IMG/VR virus record: IMGVR_UViG_3300018080_000167
Span: 10,774 to 74,773 of that record
Source of the DNA: a virus
Strand: one strand, 5' to 3'
Length of the DNA stretch: 64,000 bases
A program made the position numbers and the translations under genes. How positions within the stretch are numbered: the first letter of the stretch is position 1; every line of letters begins with the position of its first letter. Shown here one piece after another: positions 36,630 through 46,176 of this stretch. The notes under the pieces were generated by a model. That model searched no databases and was not told where the DNA came from. It worked only from the letters and a program-made list of their open reading frames with translations.

Positions 36630-36998
36630 ATGAAAGAAGAAATTTTGAAAAGAATCGACATTTTAGCAGAAAGGCTTGAGGTTACGGGGCGACAACTCTT
36701 TGGAATTGTTACAGAGGGTATATTGTATTCGAATATTGTTTATATGGTTATTTATGGTGTTGTTTTGGTTGCCCTTTTGTCTGTTTTTCGTAAATCAGCA
36801 AAAAATGTTATTGGACTTAGTAAATTATCAAAGGAAGAATGGCAAACAGAAGACGGTAAAATAGCTTTAGGAATTATTGGTTTTGCTACGCTTTGTGCGA
36901 CACTTCTTATTGTTTCCACACTTTTAATCAGTAGTATCGCAAAATGTATTGCTCCCGAATACGCCGCTGTACATGAAATTTTAGAGGTTCTTCGATGA
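36630..36998 (+). CDS. Membrane protein
   Basis: Two TM segments; C-terminal APEYAA. Confidence 0.6.
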   Translation: MKEEILKRIDILAERLEVTGRQLFGIVTEGILYSNIVYMVIYGVVLVALLSVFRKSAKNVIGLSKLSKEEWQTEDGKIALGIIGFATLCATLLIVSTLLISSIAKCIAPEYAAVHEILEVLR

Positions 36999-37699
36999 AT
37001 ATAGCTTACAATGGAGATGCTATTAAACTTGCAAAGAAAACCGAAAACGAAATTGTTGATTTAATCCTTACAGACATTCCGTATAATATTTCAAGGAAAA
37101 ATCAGCTACACACAATGGGCAGGACAGGCTTTGATTTTCAATGGGATAAAAATCAATTTCTTGTTGATTCTCTCTATTATATTTTGCCATTACTTAAAAA
37201 GGGCGGCTCTTTTATAACCTTTTCTTCTTTTGCTCAGTGTGGTGAACTTGATAAACTTATGGCAGAATGTGGAATGTTAAGAAAAGATAAGTTGATATTT
37301 GTAAAAAAGAACCCTATGCCTCGCAACATTAATAGGCGGTACGTTGCAGATGTTGAGGTTATTAATTGGTTTGTTAAGAAAGGCAAAAAGTGGACATTTA
37401 ATAAACCGCCAGAAACCCCTTATTTGCGCTCTATTCTTGAGCATCCAGTAGCTACACATAACTCAAAGTATCACCCGACAAGCAAGCCAATTGGACTTCT
37501 TAAACAGCTCATTGAGGTTCATAGCAATAAAAAGGATTTGATTTTCGATCCATTTGGCGGCAGTATGACAACTGCAGTTGCAGCCTATGAGCTTAATAGA
37601 TCCTTTTTGATATGCGAAAAGAATCAGGGTAATTTTTTGAAGGGAAAAGAGTTTCTTAAAAAGCATAGGGTTAAATTTACAGACGGAGGTAGCAGATGA
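36995..37699 (+). CDS. DNA methyltransferase (beta class, N6A/N4C)
   Basis: LILTDIPY, HPTSKP, DPFGGSMTT. Confidence 0.9.
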   Translation: MNIAYNGDAIKLAKKTENEIVDLILTDIPYNISRKNQLHTMGRTGFDFQWDKNQFLVDSLYYILPLLKKGGSFITFSSFAQCGELDKLMAECGMLRKDKLIFVKKNPMPRNINRRYVADVEVINWFVKKGKKWTFNKPPETPYLRSILEHPVATHNSKYHPTSKPIGLLKQLIEVHSNKKDLIFDPFGGSMTTAVAAYELNRSFLICEKNQGNFLKGKEFLKKHRVKFTDGGSR

Positions 37700-38067
37700 T
37701 AGCGTTGGCAGGACTATCAATTTTTCTTGTTGTTTTTTTTGTTGCATTCTATGTTGTTCTTACGCAGCGATATAGTGAAAGGATGCAAGTTGAGCAATTA
37801 AAATCAGCCCTTGGGCTTAAAACAAAGGAATTTAATAAAGAAAGAGCGGATAATGACAAAATTATGAATGACATTTTAGCAAGAAAGGAAAGAGAAAATA
37901 ATGCAGCAATATATGAGCTTGTTAAAAAACATGAGGCGGAAAAAGAAAAGCTTAAAATGATGGCTAAGTCGTATAAAGAATTATATAGCTCATTGGCGAC
38001 AATAATGGAGAATAATAAATTTGTTGCCGAAGATCAGTGGGACCCAGAAAAGGAGCCGCCGCCATAG
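37696..38067 (+). CDS. Membrane-anchored coiled-coil protein
   Basis: N-terminal TM. Confidence 0.6.
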   Translation: MIALAGLSIFLVVFFVAFYVVLTQRYSERMQVEQLKSALGLKTKEFNKERADNDKIMNDILARKERENNAAIYELVKKHEAEKEKLKMMAKSYKELYSSLATIMENNKFVAEDQWDPEKEPPP

Positions 38068-38112
38068 TGTAATGGCATCACGGCAGGTTTTCGACTTATA
38101 GTGGCGGTTCCA
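38058..38112 (+). pseudogene. Internally deleted tRNA remnant (55 nt)
   Basis: GCCGCCA/TGGCGGT acceptor plus TCCA, D-arm GTGTAATGGCATCAC, single TTCGA arm; about 21 nt missing. Confidence 0.5.
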
Positions 38113-38136
38113 CTATTTTTAAAAGGAAAAGGTGTT

Positions 38137-38397
38137 ATGATACGCAAATGCGAAGGCTGCGGGAAAGAAATTAAGATTTTGGCTAACTTTCCTGATCTTG
38201 ACAGCAAACATTTTTATTGTCCTAAATGCTTTGATAAAACTTTTGAAGAGAAAACAACCCATTGTGAAAAATGTGGCAGACAAGTTCCAAGGCGTTGTCA
38301 AAATTGTTTCCTTGAGGTTCATAATCAATCTTGGCTTTTGTGTGGAGCATGTCAAATAGAGGCTGAACGGATGATTGATAGGTGGATCAACGAATGA
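38137..38397 (+). CDS. Multi-CxxC zinc-finger protein
   Basis: Four CxxC pairs; resembles 38669..38914. Confidence 0.6.
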   Translation: MIRKCEGCGKEIKILANFPDLDSKHFYCPKCFDKTFEEKTTHCEKCGRQVPRRCQNCFLEVHNQSWLLCGACQIEAERMIDRWINE

Positions 38398-38672
38398 AGT
38401 TACTTTTTTGTACAAACTGCTATGATATTATAAGTCTTAAATCAGAGGAAAGAAGGTGTCAATGTGGAACAACAGGAGGAAAGTACCTTGATGATTTAAT
38501 GGCAGAATATTGGGGTGACAATGCTGTACCTCTTGGAATTTCTAATCCTTCTTTTGTGGCGGCATTGACTGCTGGGCAGCCAGTTGGAGATAAGGGGCTC
38601 AATTTTGAAGCATTTATAATGCCGAAGGATTGTGAAACTTTTAAAAAAATTAACAAAAGGGGAGAAAAATGA
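38394..38672 (+). CDS. Cys-containing hypothetical protein
   Basis: MKLLFCTNC.DI......C.CG..GG.Y. Confidence 0.6.
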   Translation: MKLLFCTNCYDIISLKSEERRCQCGTTGGKYLDDLMAEYWGDNAVPLGISNPSFVAALTAGQPVGDKGLNFEAFIMPKDCETFKKINKRGEK

Positions 38673-38914
38673 ATGGAGTGCGTTGCGAAGACTGCGGAAA
38701 AGAGGTAATGTTCTCTGAACAATTGTCATATAGGGTAACTGATGGAAAAAATGTGTGTGTTGATTGTTCGCACAAGAAAGCTCCTTGTGAAAAATGCGGG
38801 ATAAGAGATAATGTTACACTTGTTGAAATTGGATACAATTATTTTTTATTGTGTGAGCAATGTAGGGGTACTGTGTCTCATGTTGTAGCGGAGTGGTTAT
38901 ATGGCGACAAATAA
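38669..38914 (+). CDS. Multi-CxxC zinc-finger protein
   Basis: Four CxxC pairs. Confidence 0.6.
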   Translation: MNGVRCEDCGKEVMFSEQLSYRVTDGKNVCVDCSHKKAPCEKCGIRDNVTLVEIGYNYFLLCEQCRGTVSHVVAEWLYGDK

Positions 38915-39269
38915 GCGAAATAAAAAATTGTTGTTTACTATCGGAAAAAAAGATTTTGATATTTCATATTTTTCAGGATCAGGCGCAGGAGGTCAGCATA
39001 GAAATAAACACAAAAATTGCGTAAGGCTTAAACACAAGGATTCTGGCGCTATTGCAACTGGGCAATCACATAAGAGTAAAAAGCAGAATCTTAAAGAGGC
39101 TCTTCATAATATTGTTAAAGTTGGGAAGTTTAAAATGTGGCACAGTCAAAAGGTGCGCGAGGCATTGGACGGAATAACGCTTGAAGAAAGGGTTAATAAA
39201 ATGATGGAGCCTAAAAATTTGAAGATTGAAGGCAGAAATAAAGAAGGCAAGTGGGAGGAAATTGAATGA
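38901..39269 (+). CDS. GGQ peptidyl-tRNA hydrolase / release-factor-like protein (ArfB/PrfH-like)
   Basis: SGSGAGGQHRNK..NCVRLKH..SG......SKKQN..EA. Confidence 0.85.
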   Translation: MATNKRNKKLLFTIGKKDFDISYFSGSGAGGQHRNKHKNCVRLKHKDSGAIATGQSHKSKKQNLKEALHNIVKVGKFKMWHSQKVREALDGITLEERVNKMMEPKNLKIEGRNKEGKWEEIE

Positions 39270-40414
39270 AATTTTATACAGAAGAAAATAAAGTTATCAA
39301 GTCTTGGTGTAACAATCCAGAAGATGGTACAATTGATCAGGCTCGTAATTTAGCGAATCTCCCATTTTTATTTAAGCACGTCGCTTTAATGCCCGACGGA
39401 CATCAGGGGTACGGGATGCCAATAGGTGGCGTAATTGCTTGCAACTCAGTAGTGATTCCTAATGCTGTTGGAGTTGATATTGGCTGCGGAATGGCAGTAG
39501 TGAAGACGACATTAACAGAAATCACCATCTCTGAATTAAAAACAATTATGTCTGGAATAAGAAAGAGGATTCCAGTTGGTTTTTCTCATCACAAAAGGAT
39601 GCAAGACTTTAGCTTGATGCCAGAACTTACAGATGAGAAGATAGTAAGTGAGCAATATCTATCAGCAAGTAGGCAACTGGGCACTTTGGGTGGCGGCAAT
39701 CATTTTATTGAGATACAAAAGGGGAGTGATGGACATATTTGGATTATGATACATTCGGGCTCTAGAAATTTGGGGTATAAAGTTGCGAAATATTATAATG
39801 AAATAGCCAAGGAAGCAAACAAAAAGTGGTACACACAGGTTGATCCAAAAAATGATTTGGCTTTTCTTCCTATAGATATGGATGACTGCCAAAATTATCT
39901 TAAGGAAATGGAATATTGCCTCAAGTTTGCTAAAGCTAATCGTGCATTGATGATAGAAAATATTAAGTGTGCGTTTGGAGAAGTTTTTGCAGAAATTTCT
40001 TTTGATAACTTTATTGATATTCATCACAATTATGTTGCGATAGAAAATCATTTTGGAAAAAACGTCTGGATACATAGAAAGGGTGCGACATCTGCTAAGG
40101 AAGGACAGACAGGAATCATTCCTGGCTCACAAGGCACTAGTTCATATATAGTAAGAGGAAAGGGCAATCCAGATTCTTTCAAGTCTTGTTCACATGGAGC
40201 AGGAAGGAAGATGGGGCGCAAAGAGGCACGAAAATCTTTAAATTTAGAAGATGAACAAAAAAAATTGGATGGTGTTATACATTCTGTCAGAAGCGAAAAA
40301 GATTTAGATGAAGCTTGTGGGGCGTATAAAAATATAAATATTGTAATGGAAGAACAGAAGGATTTAGTAGATATTGTTATAAGGATGGAGCCGTTGGCTG
40401 TTATAAAGGGATAA
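39266..40414 (+). CDS. rtcB: RNA ligase RtcB
   Basis: MPDGHQGYGMPIG, VGVDIGCG, LGTLGGGNHFIE, HSGSR, HRKGAT, SHGAGR, DEACGAYK. Confidence 0.95.
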   Translation: MKFYTEENKVIKSWCNNPEDGTIDQARNLANLPFLFKHVALMPDGHQGYGMPIGGVIACNSVVIPNAVGVDIGCGMAVVKTTLTEITISELKTIMSGIRKRIPVGFSHHKRMQDFSLMPELTDEKIVSEQYLSASRQLGTLGGGNHFIEIQKGSDGHIWIMIHSGSRNLGYKVAKYYNEIAKEANKKWYTQVDPKNDLAFLPIDMDDCQNYLKEMEYCLKFAKANRALMIENIKCAFGEVFAEISFDNFIDIHHNYVAIENHFGKNVWIHRKGATSAKEGQTGIIPGSQGTSSYIVRGKGNPDSFKSCSHGAGRKMGRKEARKSLNLEDEQKKLDGVIHSVRSEKDLDEACGAYKNINIVMEEQKDLVDIVIRMEPLAVIKG

Positions 40415-40675
40415 AATATATTTAAGAAATAAAAAATTTTATTATTGCTACAACACAACATCCGACATGGCCAGAGGCGCTTGTCGTTGTTGCGATTATA
40501 ATTTCTTCTGCGTATGTTATTGTTAAGTTGAACAAATGATATTTAATAATTGCGATATGACAGATGACGGCATATATTGATATGAACGCCATTTAAGAAC
40601 ATCTAAGGTGAGTGGTTTTCTTAAAGTTAGATATACGCCAAGAGAGCCAATACCAAAAAAGGTGAGGACTGACAG

Positions 40676-40894
40676 ATGGGAAGCGAATTAGAAAAAATTA
40701 AAATTTTTAAACCTGGAGAAATACTTGAGGGTTGCTTATTAGAAGACTATTTTGTAAAACATGATGACTATCCATATCTTTCTACGTTTGGTGATACGGC
40801 GGAGGAAGCCCTCAAGGAATTTATTATAGTTTTTGTAGAACTCTTTGAATGGGAATTAGAAGAAAAAGAGTGTAATGATCAACAAAATTTATAA
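40676..40894 (+). CDS. HicB-like antitoxin domain protein
   Basis: YFVKHDDYPYLSTFGDTAEEALKE. Confidence 0.6.
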   Translation: MGSELEKIKIFKPGEILEGCLLEDYFVKHDDYPYLSTFGDTAEEALKEFIIVFVELFEWELEEKECNDQQNL

Positions 40895-41627
40895 TGAAAA
40901 ATGCGAAGAAACAATTGCGCGGATGGAAAACAACTTTTTGGATCTTGTTGTTACATCTCCACCGTATAACGTAGATTTAGGAAAAAACAAATATAATAAA
41001 AATTCATACGATTTATATTGTGACAACAAAAATCATAAAGATTATATAGAATGGCTTGGAAACATTTTTTTGTCTTTGCGTCCAAAATTGAAGGACGGCG
41101 GGCGCATCGTTATTAATGTGGGCGACTCAAAGAATGGCGCGATTCCTACTTCTTCTGATCTTATACAATATTTGTCTAATATGCATTATATTCCAATGGC
41201 ACATATTATTTGGGATAAAGGGCAAACTTCCAATAGGTCGGCTTGGGGCAGCTATTTATCGCCATCGTGCCCATCGTTTCCAACCCCCTTTGAACACATT
41301 TTAATATTTGCTAATAAAAATAAAAAATTACAATGGAAAGGTGAAACAGATTTAACAAAAGAAGAATTTGTTGCGTGGGCTACAGCATTGTGGAAATTTA
41401 AACCAGAGATAAAAGCTAAAAAAATTGGACACCCAGCCCCTTTTCCTTTGGAGTTGCCAAAGAGATGTATAAAGATGTTCTCGTGGGTAAATTCTGTTGT
41501 ATATGATCCATTTATGGGAGCAGGAACTACTGCTATTGCGTGTAAAATGCTTAACAGAAAATATATAGGATCAGAGATTAGTGAAAAATACTGCAAAACT
41601 GCAGCGGAAAGGTTAAAAAATGTATAA
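40875..41627 (+). CDS. DNA methyltransferase (beta class, SPPY)
   Basis: VVTSPPYN, HPAPFP.ELP, DPFMGAGTT. Confidence 0.92.
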   Translation: MINKIYNEKCEETIARMENNFLDLVVTSPPYNVDLGKNKYNKNSYDLYCDNKNHKDYIEWLGNIFLSLRPKLKDGGRIVINVGDSKNGAIPTSSDLIQYLSNMHYIPMAHIIWDKGQTSNRSAWGSYLSPSCPSFPTPFEHILIFANKNKKLQWKGETDLTKEEFVAWATALWKFKPEIKAKKIGHPAPFPLELPKRCIKMFSWVNSVVYDPFMGAGTTAIACKMLNRKYIGSEISEKYCKTAAERLKNV

Positions 41628-41793
41628 ATATATTTCATTTACCAATACTGAAGACTCTCTTATTAGTAAGAGAATCAATAAATTGCGCGAAGAAGGCTGG
41701 TGGATAATTTCTCATTCTTCTTCTATTGAGCCAGATAACGAGGTTGTTTCTTTTGTGTTTGAAAGGGTTTTTCAGCCAGACAAGGAGGGCTAA
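41620..41793 (+). CDS. Small hypothetical protein (57 aa)
   Basis: MYKYISF..INKLREEGWWIIS..VFER; fills the operon gap. Confidence 0.45.
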   Translation: MYKYISFTNTEDSLISKRINKLREEGWWIISHSSSIEPDNEVVSFVFERVFQPDKEG

Positions 41794-41794
41794 A

Positions 41795-42229
41795 ATGCGT
41801 AATATAATAGTATTTGACCTAGAGGGTACGCTTGGGCTTATGTCTAGTGAGAGAATCAAGTTTCTCAACGATAGAGACTGGGACAATTTTTATAAACTTT
41901 GTGATACAGATATGCCGAATCAACCCATCATTGATATTTACAAGGCATTTTGGCTATCAGGTAGAAATCTTAAAATTGTGACTGGCAGAAGCGATATTGT
42001 TAGAGATAAAACATTAAGATGGCTTGATAAGCACGGCATTTATATTAAAAGCGAAAATCTACATATGCGTCCACATGGAGATCATAGGTGTGATACTGAG
42101 TTAAAAAAAGAAATGGTCGCAGCATTTATTAATGATATATATATGGTTTTCGAAGATAGGGCGGCAGTTGTAAAGATGTGGCGAGATATGGGAATAACAT
42201 GTCTGCAGGTTTCTGAAGGAAATTTTTGA
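41795..42229 (+). CDS. HAD-family polynucleotide 3'-phosphatase (T4 PNK C-terminal domain-like)
   Basis: VFDLEGTL, VTGRSD..R..T..WL, LHMRP.GD.R.D..LK, FEDR..VV.MWR.MG..CLQV. Confidence 0.85.
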   Translation: MRNIIVFDLEGTLGLMSSERIKFLNDRDWDNFYKLCDTDMPNQPIIDIYKAFWLSGRNLKIVTGRSDIVRDKTLRWLDKHGIYIKSENLHMRPHGDHRCDTELKKEMVAAFINDIYMVFEDRAAVVKMWRDMGITCLQVSEGNF

Positions 42230-42234
42230 TATGG

Positions 42235-42271
42235 TTGAACAAAATCGCAAATTAGTAGATATTATATATAG
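42235..42271 (+). promoter_or_regulatory. Class B phage promoter
   Basis: TTGAAC-N13-AGTAGATATTATATATAG. Confidence 0.7.
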
Positions 42272-42283
42272 GAGAACATCACT

Positions 42284-42823
42284 ATGCTTTTAAAACTCTT
42301 GGACAATATATGGCTTTTTTTACGGTTTATTGATTTTCGTGTCATAGAGTCTGCAGATGATATTCCTTTCGATGTGCGATATTTTTTAAAACGTATTGTA
42401 ATGACACTTAGCTATATTAAGCCTATTTTTTTATGTGATGGTGACTATGCTGTTACAAATGGACTCTTTGCAATAATGGCACATAAATTTCGCAGAGTAG
42501 AGAAAGAAATGCGCCATTTGGTAAACTCTGGAAAATATAAAAGAGAAATCAATTGGGCTATTGACAGACTTGAAGAATTGGCGAACAATAAATTTGAAAA
42601 TGACTTTCACAATGCCCACGAAAACAAATGGGGTGAACGAGAAGTTCATCTTGATGGACAAAACTTTGATGTTTATGGAGCAAAAGCCAAGACGGAAGAA
42701 GAGAAAGAGCAGGAAAGAAAAGAATTTGTGGCTGCATACAAAGAGGCTGCAGAAAAAAGAGCAAAAACAATGCGGGATGTGATGTTGTTTATTGGAGAAA
42801 ACGCAGATCATTGGTGGGACTAA
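42284..42823 (+). CDS. Conserved phage hypothetical protein
   Basis: AGGAG RBS; C-terminal HWWD. Confidence 0.65.
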   Translation: MLLKLLDNIWLFLRFIDFRVIESADDIPFDVRYFLKRIVMTLSYIKPIFLCDGDYAVTNGLFAIMAHKFRRVEKEMRHLVNSGKYKREINWAIDRLEELANNKFENDFHNAHENKWGEREVHLDGQNFDVYGAKAKTEEEKEQERKEFVAAYKEAAEKRAKTMRDVMLFIGENADHWWD

Positions 42824-42831
42824 TAAAAACT

Positions 42832-43152
42832 ATGAAAGCTAAAACGTGCGAAGAATTAAGAAATTTGCTTTATAATGCAGCAGAAGAGTTGGCTGAAAGG
42901 GTAGCTCCACTGTATAAGGTGCTTAATTGGGAGTGGGGCATTTTCAGGAGAGGCAGGGGGCAAAACATTCCTACAGAAAAGGATATTTGTGTCTGTCTTA
43001 TCAGATTGATAAATTCATTAATAGATGAAAATATTTGTGGATATACAGAAACAGGCGGACTCTTTGTTAGAATTGAGGAAGATGAAAGCAATTGGTTTGT
43101 TGGTACAGTTGGATTTTTAGTTACAAAGGAACGTTATGTCAAAGACGAGTAA
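42832..43152 (+). CDS. Hypothetical protein
   Basis: LNWEW...IPT....TGGL. Confidence 0.55.
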   Translation: MKAKTCEELRNLLYNAAEELAERVAPLYKVLNWEWGIFRRGRGQNIPTEKDICVCLIRLINSLIDENICGYTETGGLFVRIEEDESNWFVGTVGFLVTKERYVKDE

Positions 43153-43321
43153 AAATTTTGTTAAAGTTGTTGGTGTGGAATTCGATAATGAACACGATAA
43201 AATGATTAGGGTCGAGTGTCCATATTGCAATCTTATACATAAGCATAGCGGTTATGGACTAAGACAAAGTTCGTGCTACCCTGGTGGATTTTATTATATT
43301 ATTAAGGATGCGAATGATTAA
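43136..43321 (+). CDS. Small zinc-binding protein
   Basis: CPYC..IHKH...C. Confidence 0.5.
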   Translation: MSKTSKNFVKVVGVEFDNEHDKMIRVECPYCNLIHKHSGYGLRQSSCYPGGFYYIIKDAND

Positions 43322-43502
43322 TTTAGACCCTACAAAGTTAAACCAGCTTGCAGACATTATCTTTTGTGTTGGAGCAATAGTTGGTATTATATTATTTATA
43401 ATTCTTTTAATTAATGTGATTTCTATTAAAAAAGAATTAATTCATTTAAAAAATAAGATGGAATATCAAAATATTATTACTTCTAAGATTTATAAATTAT
43501 AA
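43314..43502 (+). CDS. Small membrane protein
   Basis: One TM segment. Confidence 0.5.
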   Translation: MINLDPTKLNQLADIIFCVGAIVGIILFIILLINVISIKKELIHLKNKMEYQNIITSKIYKL

Positions 43503-43550
43503 TATGAAGAAAATTTGATTTTAACTCACAAAGCACAAGGAGAAGAATAA

Positions 43551-44546
43551 ATGGTTAAATCTGCAGTGATAACTGGTGTAAACGGACAAGATGGGGCGTG
43601 GTTGGCTAGGCATCTAGTTGATATTGGCTATCAAGTTGTTGGTGTCGTTAGGCGAGGCGCTACCGACAAGCTGTGGCGACTACGATATCTTGATCTTTTG
43701 AATAATAAGATGTTTAGTTTGGCTAGTGGAGATGTTACAGATTATGCGTCTATGGAAAGCATTTTAAAATGTCGTCCAGATGAAGTATATAATCTCGCGG
43801 CGCAGTCGCATGTCGGGGAAAGTTTCAAGGCACCAATTGCTACGGCTCAGACAAATTATATTGGTGTTGCAAACCTTCTTGAAGTTATTGCTCAAAATAC
43901 TCCAGATACCAAGTTCTATCAAGCATCTACTTCTGAGCAGATGGGTAGGGGGCAATGGAAAGAAGATGTCTTAATGAACGAAAACACATCATTTCATCCA
44001 AGAAGCCCATATGGCGTGGCGAAAGTTGCAGCCCATTATCTTACTCAAAATTATAGGGAGGCTTACAACATCTTTGGTTGTTGTGGAATTCTTTTCAATC
44101 ACGGTAGCGAATTGCGTCAGGACACATTTGTAACAGCTAAAATTTGTAAGGGTGCTGCGTTGATAGCGATAGGTGAAGCAGATAAGCTTGAGCTTGGCAA
44201 TTTGGACGCAAAGAGGGATTGGGGGTATGCGCCAGACTATGTTCGCGCTATGAACCTTATTCTTCAGCAGGAAAAGGCGGAAGACTTTGTTATTGCTACC
44301 GGACAAACTCGTAGCGTAAGAGAGTTTTGCGATGTAGCATTTGGTATGTTTGATTTGGATTATAAAAAATATGTTGTTCAGTCAGATGAATTTTATAGAC
44401 CTGCAGATGTTGGCTGCCTCATAGGTGATAGTAGTAAAGCTAAAGAAAAACTTGAATGGGAGCCAGAAACCTCCTTTGAAGAGATGGTTGCTAATATGTG
44501 CGAATTTTGGATGGATATGATTCAAAAGGGTGATAAATATGTATGA
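43551..44546 (+). CDS. gmd: GDP-mannose 4,6-dehydratase
   Basis: ITGVNGQDG, YNLAAQSHV, YQASTSE, PRSPYGVAK, GILFNH, LGNLDAKRDWG. Confidence 0.95.
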   Translation: MVKSAVITGVNGQDGAWLARHLVDIGYQVVGVVRRGATDKLWRLRYLDLLNNKMFSLASGDVTDYASMESILKCRPDEVYNLAAQSHVGESFKAPIATAQTNYIGVANLLEVIAQNTPDTKFYQASTSEQMGRGQWKEDVLMNENTSFHPRSPYGVAKVAAHYLTQNYREAYNIFGCCGILFNHGSELRQDTFVTAKICKGAALIAIGEADKLELGNLDAKRDWGYAPDYVRAMNLILQQEKAEDFVIATGQTRSVREFCDVAFGMFDLDYKKYVVQSDEFYRPADVGCLIGDSSKAKEKLEWEPETSFEEMVANMCEFWMDMIQKGDKYV

Positions 44547-44724
44547 AACTGTTACACTGCCTATTAATTTAAAAATTAAATATAAAGTTATCGAAGATAA
44601 AGATGGTGTGTCGATTGATATTCGTTATGATGAAAAGGATATCGATGCATCTATAAGCGATGCTTTTACAAAGGCATTGAAACTTGCTGTTGATACTTCG
44701 GAAACACCGAAAGAGGAAAAATAA
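44539..44724 (+). CDS. Hypothetical protein
   Basis: Coupled ORF. Confidence 0.5.
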   Translation: MYETVTLPINLKIKYKVIEDKDGVSIDIRYDEKDIDASISDAFTKALKLAVDTSETPKEEK

Positions 44725-45077
44725 TGTTTAAAGAAGAACTTGCAGACTTACTTAAAAAATATCGAATAATGTATGATAGCAAAATTCCTGACTACGATGA
44801 TCTTGCTCAGTATTTAACTGGCTGCCTTTATAAGTATAGGATTAAAGGGGGTGACCAATGGACAGATATAAAAGATGAGATGCCAGAGGAAGGAATGACT
44901 GTAATTGGATACGATGAGCTTTATTGCGACATTGGTGAGGCTGAGTTCTGTTCTTGTTTAAATGCTCTAATATTTGTTGGTAGCCGAGGAGATGATTGTA
45001 ACATTACGCATTGGATGCCTTTTCCGACACCACCAAAGAAGTTAGAAAGGATAACGAAAAATGAGAGAAACAGCTAA
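44724..45077 (+). CDS. DUF551-domain protein
   Basis: WTDIKDEMPE...ITHWMPFPTPP. Confidence 0.75.
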   Translation: MFKEELADLLKKYRIMYDSKIPDYDDLAQYLTGCLYKYRIKGGDQWTDIKDEMPEEGMTVIGYDELYCDIGEAEFCSCLNALIFVGSRGDDCNITHWMPFPTPPKKLERITKNERNS

Positions 45078-45357
45078 AGAGGGCATTTTAAAATTTGATA
45101 TCTCAGATATAGATGGAGAGTTGGCGTTTAAAAGGGCTGTGAAAGTAGATGACTATTGTGCGGCACTTTTAGACGTTGCAAATGAAGTTTTCAGACCACA
45201 CAGAAAACACGGTTATTCCAGTAAAAAACTTCAAGATATTATTAATATCTCATATGATGATGATAAGAATCTTGTTTTGGATATGATTTCTCTCTTGGAA
45301 GACATGTTTTATGAAATAATGGAAGAAAATGATATAAATTTAGACAAGCTTTATTGA
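45061..45357 (+). CDS. Conserved phage hypothetical protein
   Basis: LKFD..D....FKRAVK......L.D....FR...KHG. Confidence 0.65.
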   Translation: MRETAKEGILKFDISDIDGELAFKRAVKVDDYCAALLDVANEVFRPHRKHGYSSKKLQDIINISYDDDKNLVLDMISLLEDMFYEIMEENDINLDKLY

Positions 45358-45368
45358 TAGGAGTGTTG

Positions 45369-46175
45369 ATGGACATAGTGGCGAATGGAATTATTGGAAA
45401 ATGAAAACGTATTATTATTGATGATGAGGACTATGAAATAGTAAAAAATTTTAGATGGACATTAAAAAAAAGTTCGAATACGTTTTATGCTAAGTCATTT
45501 AATGGTGAGCACACAATACTTATGCATCGTCTTATATTGGGATTAAAATTTGGAGATAAGAGAGAAGTTGATCATATCAATAGAGATGGTATTGACAATA
45601 GGAAATGTAATTTAAGAATAGTTAATAGAAATCAACAAAATCAAAATAGACGTGCTGTTAGAAATAGATGTAGCAAATATAGAGGTGTTTGTTTTGCAAA
45701 ATGTGACTGTTGTAAATCTTTTAGGGCTGCGTTTAAAAAAGATGGTAAAACATTATGTGAAGTTATTTTTGCGACAGAAAAAATGGCTGCGTTATATTAT
45801 GATTTAATTGCATATAAACATAATTCAAAATATAATTATTTAAACTTTAAAGATATAAAATATTATGAAATTAAAAACATTATAAGCGATGAGATTAAAA
45901 AACAGGCGGAAAGAAGCGAGATCATAAGAAAAAACAAAGGTAAGGGTAATGAAAATAATATTGGGAAAAAGCTTGTAAGTTATACTAAATACACAGGTGT
46001 TGGATATCGTAAAGAAAGAAAAAAGCCCTGGTATGCATTTTGTTACATAGATGGCAAAAGGAAGAAACACATAGGGTCATATGCAACAGAGGCAGAGGCA
46101 GCTATGGCGTTTGATGAATATGTAATAAATAATAAAGTAGAGAAATATTTGCAACATTTGAATTGTGGGAGGTAA
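45369..46175 (+). CDS. HNH-AP2 homing endonuclease with in-frame TGA at codon 12 (intact ORF from 45522)
   Basis: IIDDEDY..W, MHRLIL, VDHINRDGIDNRKCNLR, two AP2-like repeats (SKYRGV, KYTGV..HIGSY.TE.EAA.AFD). Confidence 0.8.
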
Positions 46176-46176
46176 T

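Noticed and set aside
37080-37087. Class C promoter match CGTATAAT
   Set aside because: Falls on the codons of the conserved DIPYN methylase motif; likely coincidental. The copy at 29096 overlaps a stop codon and is left uncertain
40536-40691. Genome-wide TGA recoding (in-frame TGA in GIY*YER here and at 45402)
   Set aside because: Many well-defined genes end at TGA overlapping the next ATG and Trp is encoded by TGG; these two cases are better explained as local decay
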